In this document: positions 57,960-64,000 of the stretch, piece by piece
Layout: the number at the start of each line of letters is the position of its first letter
How positions within the stretch are numbered: position 1 is the first letter of the stretch
Origin: Bacteroidota bacterium
Lineage (GTDB): Bacteria > Bacteroidota > Bacteroidia > CAILMK01
Length of the DNA stretch: 64,000 nucleotides
Assembly: GCA_026391915.1 (NCBI GenBank)
Contig: JAPLCZ010000164.1
Span: 1,397 to 65,396, forward strand
Direction: 5' to 3'
Notes under the pieces: model-generated
Told to the model about the DNA's origin: nothing
Databases searched by the model: none
Seen by the model: only the letters and a program-made list of their open reading frames with translations
Translations under genes and position numbers: made by a program

Positions 57960-59408
57960 CTATAATTTCTCCGCTACTAATTTATGAGTAGCCTCACTCC
58001 ACGTTAATGCATATACTGCTAAATCTGTGTATTGGTCTTTCACCAAGATTCTGTTTTTCTCTGGGTCAACAATGTAGATAAGGGCTTTTTTATATACCGC
58101 CTCACTGCCTTCGTATCCTTTTAAATCAAATAATTCTGCATCTTTATAATCCTTTTTGTACTTCGCTTTTATTTTACTAAGGATGTATTTTTTATCCAAT
58201 ACAGGAATAAAATCCGCTGCTTTATCTACCCATTTATCTGCGCTGTCTTTGGTAAACATTTTAAATGAATTGCTACATTCTCCTGCACATTTGGTGGTTT
58301 CTACCACTACCACAGGTTTGTTGGCAGCACCGTTGAAAAGTTGCAATGAAGTATGTTTTCCATTATCTGATGGTAGTTGCAAATAAGCGTAATTCCGTGC
58401 AGGGTCTTGCTTTTTGATGAAGCCCCTCCGCAATGATTTGGTATCATCCTCTTCCTTATCCTCAGAGTAAGTACTGATTTGTGGGAAGCACTCCAGCGGC
58501 ATAGCATACATTAAAGTTACCACCATGGCATCACCTTGTGGCACTACAACCTCTGGCTCTTTGCCGCCTTTTTTATTGGGTTGATTATTATTTTTTGGCT
58601 CATACTTCTTAGCATCAGGATTATTTTTATTGGCTAATTTGGTTTTGTTTTCTTCCATCTGTGCTTTACGCATGGAGTCCTGCATCACCTTCTTTTGTTG
58701 CGCATTCATACCTTGCATCCTCTTGATAGAGTCCTGCATGGCTTTGTTTTCAGACATGGTAGCTTTCTTCACAGAATCCTGATATGCCTTCTTTTGTTTT
58801 GTAGAAAACATCTGTTCCCGTTTAATTGAATCCTGCTCAATTTTCTTTTGCTTGGCATTCATGCTTGCCATGCGCCTGAGAGAATCCTGCTCTGTTTTTT
58901 TAGCAGTCATCTCTGCTTTTTTGATGCTATCCTGAGTCTTTTTATCAAAAACAGGGGCTACATTTTTATTGCCTTTGCCACCGGGAGGGGCTTTTACATT
59001 TTTATTTTTTAGCTGCATCAACTGCACCTTGCGCAGGCTGTCTGCCTCCTTCTTTTTCTCTGCTAATGTGGCTCTTTTTGTAGAGTCTGCAATGCGCCTT
59101 TCCTCAGCCTTTTCTTCGGGAGTAAGTGGGGTTGTTTTTACTATGGTAGTTGTTTTACTTGTGGTTTTGGTGGTAGTAGTTTTGGTGTTTTTATTTTTGA
59201 GTTTCATCAACTCTACCTTGCGGAGGCTGTCGGTTTCTCTCTTTTTTTCTGCAAGATTTGCTCTTTTGGTAGAGTCTGCAATGCGGCGTTCTTCGGCTTT
59301 TTCTTCGGGGGTTTTAAGATTCTTATTGCTGTTAAATCTTTTCCCTGCTTGTGCCATAGCACCCAAGCTGATGAGAGTGGCAAGTAAAACAAATAAATAT
59401 TTCTTCAT
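57960..59408 (-). CDS. secreted Lys-rich repeat protein (two ~45-aa TPEEKAEERRIADSTKRA...LKNKN repeats, about seven ~17-aa QDSxxKxxM repeats, Cys-containing C-terminal domain)
   Basis: 482 aa. Signal peptide MKKYLFVLLATLISLGAMAQA. Intragenic DNA tandem duplication at about 59009-59140 and 59189-59320. Thr-rich linker TKTTTTKTTSKTTTIVKTT. Confidence 0.6.
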   Translation of the reverse strand: MKKYLFVLLATLISLGAMAQAGKRFNSNKNLKTPEEKAEERRIADSTKRANLAEKKRETDSLRKVELMKLKNKNTKTTTTKTTSKTTTIVKTTPLTPEEKAEERRIADSTKRATLAEKKKEADSLRKVQLMQLKNKNVKAPPGGKGNKNVAPVFDKKTQDSIKKAEMTAKKTEQDSLRRMASMNAKQKKIEQDSIKREQMFSTKQKKAYQDSVKKATMSENKAMQDSIKRMQGMNAQQKKVMQDSMRKAQMEENKTKLANKNNPDAKKYEPKNNNQPNKKGGKEPEVVVPQGDAMVVTLMYAMPLECFPQISTYSEDKEEDDTKSLRRGFIKKQDPARNYAYLQLPSDNGKHTSLQLFNGAANKPVVVVETTKCAGECSNSFKMFTKDSADKWVDKAADFIPVLDKKYILSKIKAKYKKDYKDAELFDLKGYEGSEAVYKKALIYIVDPEKNRILVKDQYTDLAVYALTWSEATHKLVAEKL

Positions 59409-59444
59409 ATAGATGAGCTACGATATTTAGTGGCAAATGTAGCA

Positions 59445-59480
59445 ATAAATATACAATGAAGAATGAACAGTGAACAATGA
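59445..59480. repeat. downstream inverted repeat of the four-helix-bundle gene cassette
   Basis: gAATGAACAGTGAACAATGAACAATGA matches the reverse complement of 59846-59880 (cAATGAACAGTGAACAATTAACAATGA) at about 27/29. Confidence 0.55.
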
Positions 59481-59496
59481 ACAATGAGAAGAAAGC

Positions 59497-59850
59497 TCAT
59501 AAATTCTTCTTTGCAGTGTTGATGCTTTTTATAAGAAGGCGCAACAATTCCTTACCATCTTTGGCTATTGAGTTATATGATTTCTCATCAATGAAATCTG
59601 TGTCCTTTAATAATGAGAGCCAATAAATAGTTTCGTTTGTTTCTTTAAGGGAGATACTTAGCTTATGAATGAAATCTAATTTTGACTGTGCAAACTCTGC
59701 TTCACGGATGGATGCCCCTATAGAAGTACCGCTTCTTAATACCTGCTTAGATAACACAAATTCCTTTTGCGTGGTTGAAAGAAATTTGTACAACTTTACC
59801 ATCCTTATGGCAAATAAATAAGATTTATCTGCTAGGGCATCTTCTTTCAT
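59497..59850 (-). CDS. four-helix-bundle protein (23S rRNA intervening-sequence protein / Avd-like family)
   Basis: 117 aa. MKEDALADKSYLFAIRMVKLYKFL...KQVLRSGTSIGASIREAE...ISLKETNETIYWLSLL is the family pattern as I recall it. This is the only clear TGA stop I saw in the window. Confidence 0.8.
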   Translation of the reverse strand: MKEDALADKSYLFAIRMVKLYKFLSTTQKEFVLSKQVLRSGTSIGASIREAEFAQSKLDFIHKLSISLKETNETIYWLSLLKDTDFIDEKSYNSIAKDGKELLRLLIKSINTAKKNL

Positions 59851-59880
59851 TATTCATTGTTAATTGTTCACTGTTCATTG
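59846..59880. repeat. upstream inverted repeat of the four-helix-bundle gene cassette (overlaps the start codon)
   Basis: TTCATTATTCATTGTTAATTGTTCACTGTTCATTG. Confidence 0.55.
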
Positions 59881-59882
59881 GT

Positions 59883-61190
59883 TTACCTCACCACCATTTT
59901 AACCACCCCCACGCTATTGCCTTGCGCTGTTATTTTGATGAAGTAAAGCCCTGCCTGCAACTGCCCTTTGTTTAGGCTAAACTCATTGCCGCTTTGGTTG
60001 CGGAGCTCTATTAATTTTTGCCCTACCAAATTATAAATTCCAATGTTTGCGTTATGTAGTGCCGTGTTGGTTCTTAAAATTGCATACTCATGCATGGGGT
60101 TTGGGGAGAGGGATATTGAAATCTTATCTTGATTAACTTCTTCTATAGCGGTTATTACTGTATTCTGGCAGTTGGTTTTTGGTATGGCCGAAGTATCACA
60201 GTTTAAGTAATTGCTAAAGTCTATTATGCCCAATGAAATATCGTCGTAGCCATCATAAATCTTCTTTGCTATGTTAGCTTTATTTGTATCGCACCAACAT
60301 GTATTTTTTGCGTAAATGCTTTTACTTGTAGTATGAACCATATTATAATAAATGTTGTTGCATATTTTATTATTTGAATCAATTCTACACTCACCGTCTA
60401 ATACAATACCAGTATCGTTTAAGGTAATTATATTATTAGTTGCTTGAAAGTTTTGATTGGACTGTACTATACCTTTTCCATTATTCATAATGACACAATT
60501 TTTTAGGATACACTGTACTTCATAAAGCGCAACTTTATTACTGCAGAACTTAGTATTTAATATATCAATTTGGTTCGCTTGGTAGATTCCATAATTGTTA
60601 TTAATAAAAGTACAATTACTTATATTTTTGTAGCCAGCATAGATTGCAGTTGTATTCTTTGAAAAATAACAGCCATCAATTCTTGTTCTGTTGGACATCC
60701 CAGCATGACCGTCTATAGCTACGTTATTATTCTCAAATTTACATTGCTTAATATTTATTGGCTCACTGTTTCCATCAGTACCAGTAATTATAAAACCTAC
60801 TGAACTATAATTAATTGCATTATATTTAATTGTTGCGCTTGCTGAAGTACCAATATTGATTTTTATCCCAACCCAAATCCCTTGGTATGGAGTTGAGGAC
60901 GATGATGTAAATTCTATAGAGTCTGTTGCAGTTCCAACTGATATTAAATATCCCCTTATTTCAAGTACGACATCCTTATCAAACTTCACCACCACCCCAG
61001 GTTCTATGGTTAGGGTGTCGTTGGGGAAAAGGGTTACGTCTCCCGTTACTTGGTAGGGGCTTTTGGCAAGCGTCCATTTGGTGTTGGCGTAGATGCCTCC
61101 ACTTACTTTTGTTTGCGCAGTAACGGTTGTGGCTGCGCTGCTTATTAAAAGCAGTAGGGCAGCAAAGAAAATTTTGTGTGGGTTTTTCAT
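59883..61190 (-). CDS. right-handed parallel beta-helix repeat protein with a T9SS C-terminal sorting domain
   Basis: About 435 aa from the ATG at 61190 (MKNPHKIFFAALLLLISSAATTVTAQT). Repeats are rich in N/I/C (NNNVAIDG, NNYGIY, NNGKGIV). The C-terminus LSPNPMHEYAIL...AGLYFIKITAQGNSVGVVKMVVR is a CTD. Confidence 0.7.
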   Translation of the reverse strand: MKNPHKIFFAALLLLISSAATTVTAQTKVSGGIYANTKWTLAKSPYQVTGDVTLFPNDTLTIEPGVVVKFDKDVVLEIRGYLISVGTATDSIEFTSSSSTPYQGIWVGIKINIGTSASATIKYNAINYSSVGFIITGTDGNSEPINIKQCKFENNNVAIDGHAGMSNRTRIDGCYFSKNTTAIYAGYKNISNCTFINNNYGIYQANQIDILNTKFCSNKVALYEVQCILKNCVIMNNGKGIVQSNQNFQATNNIITLNDTGIVLDGECRIDSNNKICNNIYYNMVHTTSKSIYAKNTCWCDTNKANIAKKIYDGYDDISLGIIDFSNYLNCDTSAIPKTNCQNTVITAIEEVNQDKISISLSPNPMHEYAILRTNTALHNANIGIYNLVGQKLIELRNQSGNEFSLNKGQLQAGLYFIKITAQGNSVGVVKMVVR

Positions 61191-61292
61191 TGTAGTTTGT
61201 TTTTGGTTAGTCAAAGGTATTGGTATTTTTTAAATAGGCAAGTGGTGCTTTCTTTTTAGGTACTGTTTTCTGTATTTAGGGAAGATTCTTGA

Positions 61293-61320
61293 AGAATGAC
61301 AGAACACCCATCGTCATTCT
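61293..61320. other. hairpin AGAATGAC-agaacacccatc-GTCATTCT in the long intergenic region
   Basis: An 8-bp stem. The GAATGAC motif repeats at 61379. Confidence 0.4.
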
Positions 61321-61409
61321 GTAAGAACCTCCCCTCGCATCAGCACTCTCTTTCTATCTCGCAGCAAGTTGCCTACTGAATGACGGAAGTGGTTGGCGTT
61401 TTTTTATAG

Positions 61410-61563
61410 CCTCACCCCAACCCCTCTCCAAAGGAGAGGGGCTTTCACCACCTGCTAACTTGGAATTGTAGTGCATTTGTCCCTTTCTGTTTTTTCCCTT
61501 CTTCCCGCCTTGGCGGGATGTCCGAAGGACGGATGAGGCTTGGGGTTGGGGTGAGGTCTCTCC
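61410..61563. other. structured element: 15-bp long-range inverted repeat (CCTCACCCCAACCCC ... GGGGTTGGGGTGAGG) enclosing about 118 nt with internal hairpins
   Basis: 61410-61424 versus 61542-61556 are a perfect inverted repeat. Internal hairpins are CCCCTCTCC-aaa-GGAGAGGGG (61421-61441) and CCCGCC-ttgg-CGGGATG (61505-61520). Confidence 0.5.
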
Positions 61564-61659
61564 AAAAAATTTCTCCCCTCCCCTGCAATAATCCATTGCT
61601 TGCCCGCGTTTGTTGGCTATTGCTTGCAATATTTTCAGTGCAGCCTATCACCCCTAATT

Positions 61660-61909
61660 AAAATATTGCAACCCCTTATAAAAATATTGCAAGCACCCTA
61701 CAATAAATAGCAATCACCTGCGGTTGGATTGCAACCAAGGATGAAAATATTAAGACCCCTAACAAAAATATTAAAAGCAGTTTACAATAAATCGCAATCA
61801 ATTGCCGTTGGATTGGCATCAGTATAAAAAAAATTACAACCACTAATAAAAATATTGAAACCACATTACAATAAATAATAATCACTTGGCGTTAAAAGGC
61901 AATCAACAC
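61660..61909. repeat. three degenerate tandem ~84-bp repeats carrying AAAATATTGCAA / TACAATAAAT..GCAATCA motifs, plus an inverted copy TTGCAATATTTT at 61624-61635
   Basis: U1 61660-61743, U2 61744-61825, U3 61826-61909. U1 versus U2 is about 75% identical. Each unit contains two AAAATATT(G/A)(C/A)AA sites. The spurious ORF 61676..61885 shows a protein-level repeat because of this array. Confidence 0.65.
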
Positions 61910-62050
61910 AAAAATAATAACAACCATGAAAGAAAAAATAAACGACTCCTCTTGAAGAACATCAATCAGCCAGCAAACACAGCAGGCGGCTGTGCTACTC
62001 CCCGCCATCAAATTTTTTAAAATTAAAACACAAATTAAACAAACAAAAAA

Positions 62051-62953
62051 ATGGATAAATTCCAACAAGCCAAATTGATGATGTATTTACTCATCAAAGG
62101 CATTATTAACACTGCAAATTCACTATGGGCTGGCAACATCCCATTTACTGCCAGCTTCGGGCTGCTATCAGGTTTAATCACCCAATTAGAGGCGCAACGC
62201 ACCATTCAGGAGAACCCCATAACAGGGATAACAGCAGACAAAAAAGCTAAAAAAGATGCTGCCTTTGTACTGGGCTGGGCTACCATGAACCATGTAAAAA
62301 GTTGGGCTGTGGCTACTAATAACGCAGGTGTATTGGGCAAGCTTAAATACACCGAATCTCAAATGAAATCAGCCACAGGGGTAGAGTACGTGGGCATACT
62401 TACTACTATCTATAACACGGCGCAGGATAATGTAGGCTCTTTAAGCACTTATGGTGTTACTCCTACCACACAAACTGCGTATTTGGCTTCCATCACAGCG
62501 TTTAGCAATGTGCTCACAGACCCTATGAAGGCGGAAGAAGCGCGGGCAATTGCCACCGAAAACATTGCTACGTTGGAGGGGCAAATTGATGTTTTTCTGG
62601 AGACTCGTATGGATGTGGACATGGAAAATTATAGACTAAGCCAGCCTGATTTTTACAATCAGTATTTTAATAGCCGCGTGCCGGTGAAGCCCGGGGTGAA
62701 CAAACGCGCACTTGAGCTTACTGTAATTGATAGCGTAACCCATTTGCCAATTGCTAAGGTTGTGGTAACCTATGATGATGCGCCTAAGAAACATAAAACC
62801 TCTGCCAAAGGAATTAGTTATATGCAGAACCTAACGCAAGATTCGCATACGGTGCATTTATCTTTAATAGGATATGTAAATAAAAGCCAGCAGTTTAACG
62901 TAATAAGTGGGGAGACTACAAAACTCACAGTGCAGTTGGTAAAAACCTCGTAG
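62051..62953 (+). CDS. hypothetical protein
   Basis: 300 aa with no clear signal peptide. The C-terminal ~80 aa look like a carboxypeptidase-regulatory-like beta-sandwich (LELTVIDSVTHLPIAKVVVTYDD...SHTVHLSLIGY). A strong terminator follows. Confidence 0.5.
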   Translation: MDKFQQAKLMMYLLIKGIINTANSLWAGNIPFTASFGLLSGLITQLEAQRTIQENPITGITADKKAKKDAAFVLGWATMNHVKSWAVATNNAGVLGKLKYTESQMKSATGVEYVGILTTIYNTAQDNVGSLSTYGVTPTTQTAYLASITAFSNVLTDPMKAEEARAIATENIATLEGQIDVFLETRMDVDMENYRLSQPDFYNQYFNSRVPVKPGVNKRALELTVIDSVTHLPIAKVVVTYDDAPKKHKTSAKGISYMQNLTQDSHTVHLSLIGYVNKSQQFNVISGETTKLTVQLVKTS

Positions 62954-62977
62954 GTCTTAAAGACCTACGAGGTTTAG
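62941..62977 (+). terminator. rho-independent terminator overlapping the stop codon of the 62051 gene
   Basis: AAAAACCTCGTAGGTC-ttaaa-GACCTACGAGGTTT. A second hairpin GGGCGGCA...TGCCGCCCTTTTTT lies at about 63012-63050. Confidence 0.75.
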
Positions 62978-63154
62978 TAAGATAGAAGTTTGGTTTCTGA
63001 TTTTTTTATGCGGGGGCGGCATCTCTTGAGTGGGGGTGCCGCCCTTTTTTAGGGGATGGGGGGATAAAAATTCCGCCCCTCACGTTTAGTGAAACTAGAT
63101 ATAAAAATAATAAGTAGTTTCGCAAAGCAAAAAGAAATAAACTTTAAAAAAATT

Positions 63155-63508
63155 ATGGCATATAATGAGGGTTTAGCAGACAGAATTCGTGAAGCATTGC
63201 AGTACCAGCCAGATATTAAAGAAAAGGAAATGATGGGAGGCTTAACATTTATGGTAAATGATAAAATGTGCGTGGGGATTATTAAAGATGAAATGATGTG
63301 CCGCATTGACCCAAATTTCCATGAAACTGCCATAGAAAAAACCGGTTGCAGAACGATGGATTTTACAAAGCGCCCCATGAAAGGATATGTAATGGTGGAG
63401 GATATAGGGATGCACACAGATGAGGAATTTGATTATTGGATTAGCCTCTGTTTAGAGTTCAACAGCAAAGCAAAATCATCAAAAAAGAAAACAATTAAAC
63501 AAACATAG
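63155..63508 (+). CDS. TfoX/Sxy N-terminal domain protein
   Basis: About 118 aa from the ATG at 63155. MAYNEGLADRIREAL...EKEMMGGLTFMVNDKMCVGIIKDEMMCRID matches TfoX_N. Confidence 0.65.
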   Translation: MAYNEGLADRIREALQYQPDIKEKEMMGGLTFMVNDKMCVGIIKDEMMCRIDPNFHETAIEKTGCRTMDFTKRPMKGYVMVEDIGMHTDEEFDYWISLCLEFNSKAKSSKKKTIKQT

Positions 63509-63510
63509 AA

Positions 63511-63750
63511 ATGAAAACAATGACTTGTAATCAACTTGGTGGCGCATGTGAAAAGGAATTTACAGCTAACACTTTTGAGGAAATGGCACAAATGAGTAAG
63601 CAACATGGGATGGAAATGTTCCAAAGTGGTGATGCCCCACACCTAGCTGCCATGGGTAAAATGCAAGAACTTATTAAAACCCCCACTGCTATGCAAGAAT
63701 GGTTTGAGGATAAAAGAAATGAGTTTAATGCTTTGCCGGAGGACAAATAA
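63511..63750 (+). CDS. DUF1059 family small protein
   Basis: 79 aa. The MKTMTCNQLGGACEKEFTANTFEEM... pattern (M..M.C..LG..C..EF.A.T.EE) is typical of DUF1059. Confidence 0.65.
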   Translation: MKTMTCNQLGGACEKEFTANTFEEMAQMSKQHGMEMFQSGDAPHLAAMGKMQELIKTPTAMQEWFEDKRNEFNALPEDK

Positions 63751-63892
63751 ATCTCTCTGGTCTTTCTTTGAGGCAGAGCCCCGCAAGAGGAGACAACTGA
63801 CGGAATGAGGGTATTCATAACTCATAGTTCATAATTCATAGCTTTTTTCAAATTCTCCGTATATTCGTATCTGATTGCCAAATCTGTTTTTA

Positions 63893-64000
63893 ATGAAGAA
63901 GCTCTTAAAACGCACTGCTCTCCTAATAATTTTAGCACTGTTTGCTTGCCTTAATTTGCAGGCAGGGGGCGGTATAAAACTCATAGAAAACAAAGGGCAA
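63893..64000 (+). CDS. secreted/lipoprotein gene, N-terminal part (continues past the right window edge)
   Basis: ATG at 63893. MKKLLKRTALLIILALFACLNLQAGGGIKLIENKGQ is a signal peptide with a possible lipobox LFAC. Confidence 0.45.
   Translation, partial: MKKLLKRTALLIILALFACLNLQAGGGIKLIENKGQ

Noticed and set aside
57960-59882. Diversity-generating retroelement (DGR) around the Avd-like four-helix-bundle gene
   Set aside because: There is no reverse transcriptase gene in the window. The only nearby repeats (intragenic duplication in 57960..59408) differ by mixed substitutions rather than adenine-specific ones, and they are not arranged as a template/variable-repeat pair at a gene 3' end.
61354-61885. 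ORFs 61354..61629(-), 61445..61651(-) and 61676..61885(-) in the long intergenic region
   Set aside because: They overlie hairpins and the 84-bp tandem-repeat array. The apparent protein repeats (IAIYC...) simply mirror the DNA repeats. Composition is non-protein-like (G/R/P-rich or I/L/F-only).
61660-61909. CRISPR array
   Set aside because: The ~84-bp units are directly adjacent, degenerate copies of each other with no unique spacers between conserved short repeats. There are no cas genes.

Overview
This window reads as a chromosomal segment from a low-GC Bacteroidetes, most likely Flavobacteriia or Cytophagia (an estimate by eye). Three things support that. Bacteroidetes-type -33/-7 promoters (TTG ... 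TAnnTTTG) are present. There are many lipoproteins and proteins carrying the type IX secretion (T9SS) C-terminal sorting domain (CTD). The sprA gliding/T9SS translocon gene sits immediately downstream of ruvA. The standard genetic code is in use: TAA and TAG stops dominate, and I saw only one clean TGA stop.

Housekeeping content: menF and menD with an outer-membrane beta-barrel gene between them, a PBP1A, a Bax-inhibitor family protein, a SIS-domain isomerase, GtrA, a sugar nucleotidyltransferase, a nitronate monooxygenase, ruvA, maeB, nth, recA, aroK, methylmalonyl-CoA epimerase, an ECF sigma factor, miaE, an RluA-family pseudouridine synthase, a TrmH-family methyltransferase and an enoyl-CoA hydratase.

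Accessory or unusual content:
- sprA (2391 aa) plus at least seven T9SS-CTD cargo genes.
- A roughly 2286-aa modular adhesin (3x beta-helix/CARDB-like modules plus 4 PKD domains) whose CTD is cut off by one in-frame TGA inside a PKD domain.
- Six consecutive small lipoprotein, TM2-domain and secreted-protein genes on the minus strand.
- A 1075-aa coiled-coil membrane protein with a long K/E-rich region.
- A WG-repeat gene bounded by ~54-bp imperfect terminal inverted repeats built from GGATT-N4-AATCC hairpins.
- A four-helix-bundle (Avd-like, 23S rRNA IVS protein family) gene bounded by ~28-bp inverted repeats, with a third solo copy 2.4 kb away.
- A small secreted Cys/Lys-rich peptide.
- An ~835-bp non-coding region with hairpins, a 15-bp long-range inverted repeat and three degenerate ~84-bp tandem repeats carrying AATATTGCAA motifs.

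I found no rRNA, tRNA, CRISPR array, transposase or integrase.
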